A stretch of 64,000 nt of DNA, from contig NC_043003.1 of assembly GCF_006345805.1 (NCBI RefSeq), forward strand, positions 92,566,001-92,630,000. Direction: 5' to 3'. How positions within the stretch are numbered: the stretch's first letter is position 1; each line of letters begins with the position of its first letter. This document shows, in pieces, positions 1-12,608 of the stretch. This DNA comes from Octopus sinensis (taxonomy: Eukaryota). The notes under the pieces were generated by a model that did not search any database, had not been told where the DNA came from, and saw nothing but the letters and a program-made list of their open reading frames with translations. The translations under genes were made by a program, and so were the position numbers.

Positions 1-475
1 AATAAAATAAAATAAATAAAATTTTTATTTTATTTTATTTTATTTCGTTTTTTATTTTATTTTTTATTTTATTGTATTTTATTTTTTATTGTATTTTATA
101 TTATTTATTTTTTGTTATTTAATTTTTTTATTTTATTTTATGGTTTTATTTTTATTTTATTTTATTTTATATTTTTATTTTATTTTATTTTTTATTTCTT
201 TTATTTTTTTTATTTCAATTTATTTTAATTTAATTTCATTTCTATTTTAGTTTTCATTTTATTTTATTTTTTTATTTTATTTAATTTTATTTTTTATTTT
301 TTATTTTATTTCCTTTTATTTTGTTTTATTTTATTTTATTCTGTTTTATATATTATTTATTGCCTTTTTAAATTTAATTTAATTTTTTTATTTTATTTTA
401 GTTTATTTCAATTTTTAAAAAAATATTACCATTTTTTAATTTATCTTATTCATTTTATTTCATTTTATTTCATTC
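1..475. repeat. Degenerate (TTTTA)n low-complexity tract
   Basis: Almost purely T/A with a TTTTA periodicity. Confidence 0.9.
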
Positions 476-905
476 TATCTCTGCCAATCTCCGCCAATCT
501 CCGCCTGTCTCACTCTATCTCCGCCTATCTCACTCTATCTCCGCCTATCGCACTCTATCTCCGCCTCTCTCACTCTATCTCCGCCTATCTCACTCTATCT
601 CCGCCAATCTCACTCTATCTCAGCCTGTCCCAGATGTTTTAACACCCAGCATTATTGGGAAATCTCCCTAAATGCTATTCCGCCAATCTCCGGCTATCTC
701 CGTAATCTCCGGCTATCTCCGGAATCTCCGGCAATCTCCGGCTATCTCCGGTAATATCTCCGGCTATCTCCGGCAATATCTCCGGCAATCTTCGGTAATC
801 TCCGGCAAACTCCGGCAAACTCCGGCAAACTCCGGCAATCTTCGGTAATCTCCGGCAAACTCCGCCAATGTCACTCTATCTCCGCCTTTCTCACTCTTAT
901 CTCCA
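476..905. repeat. Minisatellite of 10/20-bp units (ATCTCCGGCA and CTCACTCTATCTCCGCCTAT variants)
   Basis: Visible tandem iterations. The TATCTCCG/AATCTCCG core recurs throughout. Confidence 0.85.
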
Positions 906-2215
906 GATGGAGCCACAGATGCCTCAACCTCAGCGCGTGACTGCGCATCATGAGCCAGGCATCCGTAGCCCACCCTTTAACGGCTGTTGGCAGCAAATAG
1001 AGCGTCTCACAAGCGTATTCGAACCCTTCCACAAGAAGCGGAAGAGCTGTCTTTCCAGCTTGCTCAACCACAAATCAGGGCAGGGAACGACGGTTAGGCG
1101 GTAGGTGATGACCGATGCGATGAACACATTGGCCACCTCCGCCGTCTCTGGCTCAATTTTCGCAGCAATGGCTCAAGAGCCATTACATACAAAAGCGGGC
1201 AGAGAGGACACTCATGACGAACCGAGCGTTTGAAGCTGAGCAGCTTAGATAAAAAGCCGTTCACCCGAACTACCGAGTCGATGTTGTTATAAATTTCAAT
1301 GATCCACCTGAAGAAGCTAATACCCAGGCCGAACTATGCCAGAACGGACACCAGGTAATGATGGTCTACCCTATCAAAAGCCTTTGATTGGTCTAAATCG
1401 ACCACTGTCCCTCCCTTGCAAGAATCAGTATGAAACTCTTCTACGGTGTACTGTAGAAGATGGAGATTATCCTGAATGGTTCTACCAGGAAACGGCACAT
1501 GCCTGTGCCTTCCCGATCAAGCCATCCGCGGCACGCGCCAATCTTTTCGAGAACACTTTGGCCAAAATCTTCAACTCTGTGTGTAGCAGATTGATGGGCC
1601 GAAAATTATCAATGCAGTCCCCCATTGTTCGGGTACTTTCTGACAAGCCTCATCCTTCACTAGCGCACAGATCTGGGAATGAACCCATTCTGCTGCCAGT
1701 TCGCGTAGACATTCGTCAGCAGGTGCCCGAATAAGTCTGGCATACTCTTATACAGTTCATAGGGTAGACCATCTAGTCCCGGTGCCTTACCCGCGTCGCG
1801 GTGCCCCATAGCCTCAATTACCTCCTCAGGCGTGATCGGCCCTTCACAACACTCTGCGTCAAGCTCTGAGAGGCGCGGTAGCCCGGTGAGGAAATCCGTT
1901 AGGTCTCTCTTACTGTCCGGTCCGCTTCTCCCACCCCGAAAAGCTGGGCGAAGTGCTCCTGAAAGATCTTACGCATCTCCTCTGGCTCGTTTATCAACTT
2001 ACCTCTTTGGTTCATCAAAGATCGAATTGTGCCATCATTGCCACGTTGGGCTTCCACCACTCGGGCCCATCCTGCTGCCTTGATTCCTTCACAACCAATA
2101 TACGAATCCTGGCTCCAACAATGCAACCCATATGTTGGGCTTCGAGATGCTGACCTGAGCTGCAGAGACAGATTCCATTGCTTCCTCCAAGTCCTTAGCT
2201 AATGCTAATCCCTTC
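906..2215 (-). mobile_element. Degenerate Tx1/L1-clade LINE ORF2 fragment
   Basis: Minus-strand frames give FRPINLL-TELKILAKV, DLDQSKAFDRVDH, SVRHECPL-PLLY-MALEPLL and FRFLWKG...GGL-MP. It has stops, frameshifts and an internal deletion near 1150. Confidence 0.85.
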
Positions 2216-2223
2216 ATAGTATA

Positions 2224-2640
2224 TCTATATATATAAAACGGAGAATGTGTGTCTGCCTGTCTGTCTGTCTGTCTGTCCAGCTGTCTGTCTGTCTGTGTCA
2301 ATCCCTAAAACTTGAGAACTACACAACCAATTTCATTCAAATTTTACACATGCCTTACTTAGGGTCCATGGAGTGTCATGGGCAAAAAAATGTTTAACTT
2401 CTTGCCTAGGGCGGGCCCACAGCAATATCATATCTTCTCCACTATGAATCCCTATAACTTGAGAACTACACAACCAATTTCATTCAAATTTTAGACATGC
2501 CTTACTTAGGGTCCTTGTAGTGTCATGGGCAAAAACATGTTTAACTTCTTGCCTAGGGCGGGCCCACAGCAATATCATATCTTCTCCACTATTTCAGTAT
2601 TACGTGTTAAAAGTGAAATAAAAAACAGCTCTCTATTGTA
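2224..2640 (+). mobile_element. 5' part of a non-autonomous Helitron-like element with an internal ~150-bp tandem duplication
   Basis: A|TCTATATATATAAAA start shared with the other Helitron-like copies. 2305-2445 is repeated at 2455-2592. No CTAG 3' end was found. Confidence 0.5.
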
Positions 2641-2702
2641 TGTATATGGATGTATGTATATATATATACATACATACATGTATATATGTATGTATAATAT
2701 AT

Positions 2703-2786
<84 letters not shown>

Positions 2787-2862
2787 ATATATATACATGT
2801 ATATGTATACATGTATATGTATAGATGTATTTCTATAGATATACATGTATATATATAATTAT

Positions 2863-5150
2863 ATCAGGGAAGCTTTGTATACCCATCAATAGATACTTTC
2901 TGGCATGAGAGAAAGGCAAAAACCAGATTGGTTCAGTGCTGGGCTCCCAGCACTGAAACAAAACGTGCAGTTGTGATGCAATACAAGAGTGATTCTTCAA
3001 CAAAGTCACTCGAAGAACTCAGAAAGGCAAGAAATGAAACCCAACTGACTGCAGACGCTGTGCAAATAGGTATTGGCAGGAAATCTGTCAGAGTATCCAG
3101 TCAGCTGCTGACACAGTGGCGACACCCATGGGTGTATGCCGGGGTTTTGAAGAAGGCCCTCAGTCCATCCGCAACCAAGTCAGCCCCTCTGAAATCAACT
3201 ACTGGAGATCTCATCAAGGACCAAAGCAAGCAAATAGATAGATGGGTGGAGTACTACCAGGATCTCTACTTACGGGAGACCACGGCAGCTGAGGCTGCAA
3301 TCGAGGGTATCAAGATCTTGCCAGTCAATGTATGAACTTGACAGTCTGCCATCTATAGAAGAGCTCACCAAGGCTATTGACTCCCTAGCAAGTAACAAGG
3401 CTCCGGAAAAAGACGTCAACTCCTTAGAGATAATCAAAACCGGCAAAAACACTATCCTGCTTCGGCACCTTCATGAGCTTCTGTATCAGTGCTGGGAAGA
3501 GGGTACAATCCCTCAGGATATGCGGGATGCTAACATCATTACGCTTTACAAAAACAAAGGTGAACGCGGTGATTGTAACAATTACCGTGGAATATCTCTT
3601 CGAAGCACGGTTGGAAAAGCCTTTGCTCGCGTTATCCTATCCAGGCTACTACTGCTTGCTTCTCGAATTTATCCAGAATCGCAGTGTGGCTTTAGAAGAA
3701 GCAGATCAACTACTGACATGGTATTCTCCATACACCAACTTCAGGAGAAGTCCAGAGAGCAGAAAATGCCATTATATATGGCCTTCATTGATCTGACAAA
3801 GGCCTTCGACTTGATAAGTAGAAAAGGCCTCTTCATCCTGCTTCAAAAATCGGATGTCCACCAAAGCTGCTGAGGATCATCAAATCTTTCCGTGATGATA
3901 TGCAAGGCACCATACAGCACAATGGTTCAACATCAACCGCCTTCCAAATAAAAAACGGGGTAAAGCAAGGTTGTGCTTTTGCTCCTACATTATCTGGCAT
4001 CTTCTCGCTGCTGCTGTCACATGCCTTTGAGACATCAGATGATGGAGTGTTTCTGCACAGTAGAAGTGACGGGAAACTGTTCAATCTCTCGAGTCTGCGT
4101 GTCAAGACCAAAATCAGAAGCGTCCTAATCAAGGAGGTGCTATTTGCTAATGATGCCGCTCTGGTATCACACACAGAAGAAGCCCTACAAAGGCTCATCA
4201 ACTGCTTTGAGCAAGCATGTAGCGACTTTGGCTTAGTTATCAGCCTCAAGAAGACCAACATCATGGGTCAGGCTACGTTGGACATCCCAAACATACATAT
4301 TGGAGACCACAGACTACAAGAGGTGGAGAAGTTTACCTATCTTAGCTCTACCGTCACCTACAACCTATCTTTTGATGCTGAGCTCAATATACACATTGGC
4401 AAGGCAGCTGCTGTGATGGCCCAACTACTCAAACGGGCATGGGACAACAATAAGCTGACCAAGACCAAAAAATGAAGATTTAATAGGCATGTGTACTTAG
4501 CACTCTACTGGATGGAAGTGAGACTTGGACGCCATACGACGCCATACGACGCCTAAATATCTTTCACCTGCGCTGCCTCCGGAAAATCCTTCGCATCACA
4601 TGGCAGAATCATGTCTGCAACAAAGATGTCCTCAAGCAAGCAGGAATACCAAGCATGTTTGCACTCCTCACACAAAGACGTATGAGATGGCTTGGACATG
4701 TTAGCCGTATGGAAGATGGCAGAATCCCCAAGGACATAATCTACGGAGAGCTTGCTAGGGGCACTAGGTCTGTGGGAAGACCGTTCTTACGATACAAGGA
4801 TGTTTGCAAAAGGGACATGAATGCCTGCAACATCAATATTACCAACTGGGAAGCAGTTGCCAGCAACTGTAGAGATTGGCGTCGTACCATAAAAGAGGGA
4901 ACACAAAGAGTGACATAGAGAGGAGAAATGGAAAGACAAGAAAAGACATCAACAAGAAAGTATGACATTACAACCAGCCAGGCAAAGCCTTCGCTACATT
5001 TGCGGCACCTGCCAGAGGGAGTGTTTGTCCAGGATAGGACTACACAGCCACAGCAGGAGATGTATTAGGACATGAAGTGTAAAAGCCGAACTAGATTATT
5101 TTATGCGCAACTCCACTGTCTCCTGAGACAAAAATGATGCCAGCAACAAT
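2863..5150 (+). mobile_element. 5'-truncated RTE-clade LINE, RT pseudogene
   Basis: Broken ORFs 3328-3873, 3900-4475 and 4655-4918 contain NYRGISL, PESQCGFR, FIDLTKAFD, GVKQGC-APTL, LFANDAAL (YADD equivalent) and RRMRWLGHV. It ends with the C-x2-C..SRIGLHSH tail and an RTE-like 3'UTR. Confidence 0.92.
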
Positions 5151-5492
5151 ATATATGGATTTCGTAGACAGGAACTGAAACAAATCAATCGTATATAGAT
5201 GTATGTATATATGTAAATGAATGTGTGTGTCTTTGTCTCTGTGTTTTGCCCTCATCACTGCTTCACAACTGCTGTTCATTTATTTACATCCACTTAACTT
5301 ACTAGTTTCACAAGAACAAACTAATACAATAAGTACCAAGCTTATCAACATAAAAAAAGTACTAGGCTGTGTCTCATATTTTTGTTTGCCCAAGTCGTGT
5401 GTTGAAACAGATATTGTTATATTTCGGAATGGCTAAACTGGCAATATGACCATTCCGAAATATAACAATATATATATATATATATATATATA

Positions 5493-5700
5493 TCATGTTG
5501 ATTCGTTAGCTACTGCACACATTTTTTCTCTCTCCTTCTTTCTGTGTTTTTTGTCTCTCTGTGTATCTTTCTGTTGAAGAGCGTAGGCTCGAAACGTTAA
5601 AGACTTGTTTTATTTATATTTCCTGAGCGCCATACTAATACAATTGTTCGTTTGTTTTCCACCTGCCTTCGTCTTTTGTCTATTTTCATAAAGCTTCCCG
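5493..5700 (+). mobile_element. Penelope-like terminal-repeat remnant embedded in (TA)n
   Basis: Flanked by (TA)n on both sides; similar to 55740-55978. Contains the GAAGAGCGTAGGCTCGAAACGT hammerhead-like motif. Confidence 0.6.
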
Positions 5701-5701
5701 T

Positions 5702-5735
<34 letters not shown>

Positions 5736-7289
5736 AAGAAGTAAATATATGGCACAACAAAGTACCGATATTTACTGGAAATAGCGAACGTAATAATACG
5801 ACGCTAATGTATAGCTTCACCGCGTATGTACTAGCAAAAATGCGTGAGTGCAGCAAACTTGAAAAAAATTGTCTTACCTCCAGGAAGAACATCTGAAAGA
5901 TGAAATACCTAGAAAAGGATAATGTGGGACCGGAGCCGGTTTCAGATTTTTCAAGATATGTCTGCACCCATAAACTTGATCTATCTTCATCAGCCAAACA
6001 TATACCACGACAACATTTCAGATGTTACCACATTAATGCCAATACACTCGACTGAAACCCTAATGGGAACCTTCACTCCCAAATTTTAGTCATTTCTTTT
6101 TTTATCCAAAACTAGGTCAAAAGTACTGAATGGATCTTTATGAAATTTGGAAATTATATTCAATGCATAAGGGCCATAAACCCCATGACAATTCATATAT
6201 TTTTGCTGTTGAGGAAATTTTAACCATAGAATATAGACACAAATGAAGTAATATTTATAAAATTTCATCTTCTTACAAGTTATAAAGACCCCACTATGGG
6301 GACTTAACACCCACAATTTTGTCATTTTTATCAAAGCAAAAACGAATACAGTTGTGCTCTTGGAAGCTGTAGGGTTACCCGAGCATAAAAGTTGAGCATT
6401 ATTTGTAATTCAATGGTACAACAGTGTAAGAGTTTGCTTTGGCATACACTTACATTGTGATTTCTGCAGTGTTGTGCATAAATTGTCAAGTAAATGAGAG
6501 GCATCTTTGCCTCCACTGATTCAGTTGCAAAGTGTTGAGTAAAGTAATTTGATTGCAGACCTCCTTTCAGTCTTTTTATTATCATTCGGTCACACATAGT
6601 CCCCAGATGGTGACATTGATTTCAAGGCCTTCCCAGATGAGTGACTGGTTATTCAAAGACATTTATAGATTGTAAATTTATTCTGTCCAGTTACATATCA
6701 GTATAGTGGTCATTTGCAAACTCCAACTTTCATTTCTCCTTAGCCCTCACGTTACACAGTTGTTAATGTTTATTTCAGTTGGGTCACGCCCTTCCAATTG
6801 CTATAGATTCCTAATGCATCTTACGGCTGTGCCTGTCACCTGGATGGTGAGGAATCCTACATTGGGAGTAGTAACAACTAGGGTAGAGTAACTGACTGCT
6901 TATTGTGATCATTCGTCTTTTGGTTTCCTGTAGCTTTGCTCTCTTTTACAAACCCAGTGAACATATATTTCCTATTTCAAAGAAATTCGAACAATAGATA
7001 TAAGACCCAAGTAAAAAAGATTCTCAACAATTCAACTTCTCTGGTTGAGATTTAGATGCCCACCCCCAACAGGGGCCTTAACTCTCACATTTTAGAGCTC
7101 TATGGCTATTTGCCAGATAACCGAAGAGATGGTGTTGTGGATTTCCACTTCGGCATCTGAAACTCAGAGTGTTATCTTGACTATCGAGTAATGTAACATA
7201 TTATTGTATAGATAAATTTCCTCTATTTACATAATATTGAGGTCTCTTTCTTTCTTTTGTTATCTTACCGTTTTACCAATATATATATT

Positions 7290-7690
7290 GGAGTGACTGT
7301 GTGGTAAGTAGCTTGCTAACCAACCACATGGTTCCGGGTTCAGTCCCACTGCGTGGCATCTTGGCAAGTGTCTCTGCTATAGCCCCGGGCCGACCAATGC
7401 CTTGTGAGTGGATTTGGTAGACGGAAACTGAAAGAAGCCTGTCGTATATATGTATATATATATATATATATGTGTGTGTGTCTGTGTTTGTCCCCCTAGC
7501 ATTGCTTGACAACCGATGCTGGTGTGTTTACGTCCCCGTCACTTAGCGGTTCGGCAAAAGAGACCGATAGAATAAGTACTGGGCTTACAAAGAATAAGTC
7601 CCGGGGTCGATTTGATCGACTAAAGGCGGTGCTCCAGCATGGCCGCAGTCAAATGACTGAAACAAGTAAAAGAGTAAAAGAGTAAAAAGA
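7290..7690 (+). mobile_element. tRNA-derived SINE family A (near full length)
   Basis: Pol III A-box-like TGACTGTGTGGT and B-box-like GGTTCAGTCCC, an internal (TA)/(TG) tract, and a TAAAAGA-repeat tail. Many homologous copies occur in the window. Confidence 0.85.
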
Positions 7691-7748
7691 GTATACACAC
7701 ATAAAGTAAACAACAGGTTGTACGGAGCGCCGCATGGATAAATCAAAG

Positions 7749-8480
7749 ATTTAAAAAATAATTTTTTGTAACTAAACACTTTCAAACTTCGGACACTGGT
7801 AGAATGTGTCATATAAAACATCTTTTACTCTTAGCATTTTTGAGAAAAGTTTATGTTTACAAAGTTATTTCATGTTAAAGTTCTCGTATTTCGGTAATTT
7901 CAACCAATCAATGACGTGTATTCAGCTGGATAAAATTACTGCCGTTGTTTGTCAACAAGAACTTCCGGCAGTGTATATTTCGTTTGTCACTGTTATTTAT
8001 GGCATCGTTCGTGCATTTGTACTGGTTTTAGCTTTAGGGTTTTAGGGTTAGTGTAAGGGTTTTAAGGTTAGGGCTAGTGTTTTAGGGTTAAGGTTACAGT
8101 TTTAGGGTTAGGATTTTGGGGTTAGAGTTACGGAAAAAAGTGAAAAATGAAAAAATTACTGCCATTGTTTGTCAACAATAACTTCCCTAACACCCTAACC
8201 CTAAAACCAGTACAAACGCACGAACGATGTAATAAATAAGTCACAAACGAAAAATACACCGCCGATAGTTGTTGACAAACAACAGCAGTAATTTTATTCA
8301 GCTGAATACACGTCATTGATTGGTTGAAATTACCGAAATATGAGAACTTTAAGGTGAAATATCTTCGTAAATATAAGCTTTTCTCAAAAATGCTAAGAGT
8401 AAAAGATGTTTTATATGACACATTCTACCAGTGTCCAAAATTTGATAGTGTTTAGTTACAAAAAAATTGTTTTTTTAAAT
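7749..8480. mobile_element. Foldback/MITE-like element with ~290-bp inverted arms and a TTAGGG-like core
   Basis: 7749-~8040 is the reverse complement of ~8185-8480. Degenerate TTAGGG repeats lie at 8034-8127 and CCCTAA repeats at 8186-8203. Confidence 0.85.
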
Positions 8481-9276
8481 TTGTACGTCAAAAGGTAAAG
8501 ATTCAAGAAGTTTGAAAGTTTTTAGTTACAAAAAATTAATTTCTCAATCTGCCGTTCAAAGGAAAAATATCCACAGTGAATACCATACCAACTTTCTGTA
8601 TATCATTATTTGTGTGTGTGTGTTGATATTAAAGATCGGATTCAATTGTCAGCATAATTTGGTTTCTCAAAATTTCAGTAAATCTTACTTAAGTTATCTC
8701 CCTTGCATCATATTTTTAGCTGTACCAAGTTTTTCAACTCATGACATTACATATACCATTATAGATATATTTTTTTACACAAACTACACTGTTTTATCAG
8801 GATATAGACAAGGGTCAGGATTATGTCATCAGGCTACTTTTGATACGACGCACCACACTTCTAACACGTATATGTTTACATTTTTCAGAGTTTAAAAAAA
8901 AAAAACCAGAAATGCAGCAACTTAGTTTCACTAACAACTGCATGATGAGTCAGAGTCTAAAGTGGTGAAAGCTCAAGATTTTATATGAAATCATTATCAT
9001 CACCAGCATTGTACGATATCTGTGGTTATGGCACACTAAACTCAGTAGTTCAGTTTGTTTAGCTGTAATTTAGGTGTGTTGCAAATGTACAAACTCATCA
9101 TTGCATGTATTAGGAGCAATATAAAGAAGCAGTGTTTAATTAGTTTGCATCTATGTGTTTATAGTGCAGTGTTGTCTCATTGTTTTATGACCACCCTAAC
9201 AGAGTAGACTCAATACAAATAGAGTATAGCGTAGCTTGGTGATATCCTCACTGTTTGAGAGATATATTAGAAATAG

Positions 9277-10234
9277 TGTCGTGGCAGATAACAGTTAACT
9301 TTTGGCCACTATTTGGACCCTGTTGTGTCCACTGCTCTGATTGGTTGGTATTGGCGTAGTTTGTCTCTTGACTTATTTCGCGCCAATGTGTGAACCAACC
9401 AATCAGAACCTTCCAATAAGATCACGTAACACAGTCTTTTGGATTTTCTTCTGGAGCCTCTAGCATGTTATAAAAGGCCCCAGCCTTCACGATATCTCTG
9501 TCTTTGGTTCTAGTCCTTCTCAGGACTAACGACTCAGCCATGTTCCAGCAACTCAGTCAGTTCCAGTTCCAGCGACAGACAACATGCAGCAACTCAGGAC
9601 CGTTCTCCACTGTCACTATCATTTCAACTGTCGCCATCACCACCGTCGACTTCAATGATACGTACATAACATTTGCCCAGGTTAACTTCTCACTGTTTGT
9701 GACTACTTCACCAAGGTTAACAGTCCAGAACTACCTGCAAGAATTCCTGTATCAAGTAACCTGGCATGGCATAATAGCCTCAGCCTCTACCCAACACGTG
9801 TAGTAACCGGTTCTGCTTCATGACCTCAACTTCTTGTACAGGACTACAACTATTGTGTAACATTACTACGAACTGGTAGATTAACTCCATCTTGTCTGAA
9901 ATATCCTGAGAGACTCATTTCTATGCTCTGTATTTTGTCTTACATGCATACACCTTGTTTGTTCTTTATGTTCACTCTTATAACACACACAGACACATAT
10001 GTCGCACGCACTCAGACACTACACTCAGCTAGCACCCATACATGCTCTTCTGTAAATAAAGTCTTTCTCTCTTTCAAACAGTAGAACGGTTTTGATTTTT
10101 CTCTTTATTCTTTGCTGGCACTCATATTCTTTATACCATGTATTTGGCTATTTTGTTTTGTAAGGGCGACCGTGCGGGGCTTAAAAGGAGACATTTCTGT
10201 CACCAACTCCTTTATGTAAGGTTGCTTCGCTACA
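9277..10234 (+). mobile_element. Probable solo LTR
   Basis: TGT...ACA termini, paired CCAAT boxes (9336-9407), TATAAAA at 9469 and AATAAA at 10055. The flanks ATAG/AGAG form only an imperfect TSD. Confidence 0.5.
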
Positions 10235-10247
10235 AGAGTAATACATC

Positions 10248-11390
10248 TGAGGGGTGTTCATTAAAGATTTCCCCTGACTCACTTCCAAAGGACTGGGATT
10301 AACAAAACTTAGCTTTATTAGTCCTTCTCTGCATAACTACTACCAATGGTGACACACTTCTCCCATCGCTTTATGCAACCGTGAAGACCTCATCTGTAGC
10401 CAAAACTTTACTACGGAAATAAGTTCATCAGCCATAAAGCGCTTCCCCTTCAAGAAAGACTTCATGGTTGGAAAGAGGCGGAAGTTAGATGGTGCACAGT
10501 TGAGAGAATAAGGGGGTGGGTGGGGAAGGATTCCATAGCCACAGGTGTGTACTTTCGCCTGGACAACATGCGCATTGTGAAGTGGAGCGTTGTCTTACAA
10601 GGAAGAGGACTCCTTTGGTCAACATGCCACGCCTCTCTGCTTTGATGGTGTCCCGCAATTTATGCAGTAGAGAAACGTAATATGCCCCATTAATTGTTGT
10701 GCCCTTTACCAGAAAATCCATCAGCACTACTCCGCGCTGACACCAAAAGACTGTGAGCATCACCTTGCCTGCTGAAGGTTGGACACGAGCCTTCTTTGGA
10801 GGTGGTGAGTTATCATGCTTCCATTGGACTCTAGTCTCAGGATCATAGTGATGGACCTCTGTTTCATCCTGTGTGATAAGTCTGCCGAAAAAGACCCCTT
10901 CATTTTTTTGGCACATTGCCAAAAGTGCTGGGAGCAATTGACATGTTCCTGCTTCTGAAAAGGTGAGTGTCCAGAGAATCCATCGTGTAGATAACTTCCG
11001 CATGTGCAAATGGCCGTGAATTATTTTTCTCACGGACCCTCCACCTATCTTCATTTATTGGGTTACTTGCCGAATAGTTATGCAGTGATTCTCCAAAATG
11101 GCAGCTTCCACTTAATGGATGCTCTCATCATCAATGTTGGAATGTGGTCGTCCAGGAATAAAAGCAGTTTCCACCGATGTCCAACCACATTTGAACTGGC
11201 GATGCCAGTGCTTGACTACGTCGTATGATGGTGCATCGTCACCATAAACTTCTTTCATCTTATCGAAAGTCTCTTTTGATGTATGATCTTTCAGGTATAA
11301 GAATCTGATCACTGATCTGCATTCGACTGCCTCCATTACAACACCTTAGTCCACTTCAGCAGCTGTAAAAGACAAACGAACACTAGGGGA
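10248..11390 (-). mobile_element. Defective mariner transposon (transposase pseudogene)
   Basis: ORFs 11112-11336 (HTH, HW-RQFK-G...GRP) and 10485-11054 (RKLSTRWI, ITQDET, SAGKVMLTVFW). A GAGGGGTGTTCA TIR-like end lies near 10248; the other TIR was not seen. Confidence 0.9.
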
Positions 11391-11839
11391 AAGCTATAGT
11401 TTACAATGTAAGGGTTGATAACAGGCAGGGCATGCAGCCAGAGAAAAAAACCTGCTTCAACAAATTCTGTCTGACCCATGTCAGCATGGGAAAGTGGACA
11501 TTAAAATAATGATGCATGTATGTTTGAGCATGTGTGCATGTTTGCGTGAGTGATTTCAGATTTCCTCCCTCATTTTCTATAAGCAAAAGTCCTGCTCTCA
11601 ATGCCAGTGGTGTTGTATGTTTGTTTGTAGTCAAAGATGAAAGCACATCTAGGTTTCTTGGCATGTTCTTACAAGCTGCAGTCTTTCTAAAGAAAATGAC
11701 TCATAACAATGTCCAGGCTGTTTGTTGCTTCACAGACTATGTAACTGATACTTTGTTCAGAAACAGGTAAGGGCATCCGGATGTAGAAAACATGCCTCTA
11801 TGAATCCTGGATGACCCATACAAGCATGGAAAATAGATA

Positions 11840-12138
11840 TCATTATATATAAAACTGAAGTTGTGTGTGTGAGAGTCTGTCTCCTCCAATTTAGATTCCT
11901 AACTACTCCCACATTTTGCGGTGCAGTTTAACCAAAAGCAGGTATCTTATAGTCGTGATTCATATCGAGCCCTTCTGGGTATTAGCGCGCGTCTACGATT
12001 TAAAAAAAAATATACCATCATTTTTTTCGTTTTTTTAATGCATTTTTTGCTCGGTTTATATAAGGGAAGTAACTCTCTAAAAATGCTTATATAGTTATTT
12101 CCCTTACAAACCCAAGCAACGCCGGGCGATACTGCTAG
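11840..12138 (+). mobile_element. Non-autonomous Helitron-like element
   Basis: 5' TC and 3' CTAG termini, inserted between A and T. Subterminal hairpin CCCAAGCAACGCCGGG. Highly similar to 49956-50348. Confidence 0.8.
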
Positions 12139-12221
12139 TTAAAACTATGATAATGATGTTAGTATTTGAAATGTTAATATATTAAACAACAGCAAACTGC
12201 ATCAATACAGGAATAAATTTT

Positions 12222-12296
12222 TTTATTTACCAAATCTGATACAATGATACATGAAATTAGGCTATCTTCACCAGACTATAACTTAGTGACTTTATT
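12222..12296 (-). terminator. Candidate polyadenylation signals of ISYNA1
   Basis: AATAAA on the minus strand at 12296-12291 and 12227-12222, ~310-390 nt after the stop codon. Confidence 0.4.
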
Positions 12297-12608
12297 AAAT
12301 GCATAGTTATCATATAGATTGTCATTAATTGAAACAGTTATTCACAAGGAAGCTGTACAAGGACTGCCTCATGCAATCTATGTCTAGGAGAAGCTAGTGG
12401 ACTACAAAGAGTGGATAGTATCAGCCAGTCACATGTATGGAAGTGACAAATTGATAAACAAAGAAATTCATTTTGAAAATAACTAACACATAAATAAAAT
12501 AATGTCAATACAAAATTATGATAGAAACATTTCCACACGTCATTTGCAGAGGCACATGAATGAAGAACTCTAAAATCAGAGTACAAAATCAGTATCATAG
12601 TCTCTTTT

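Noticed and set aside
8034-8203. True telomere or chromosome-fusion scar
   Set aside because: The repeats are short, degenerate and enclosed within the inverted arms of one element.
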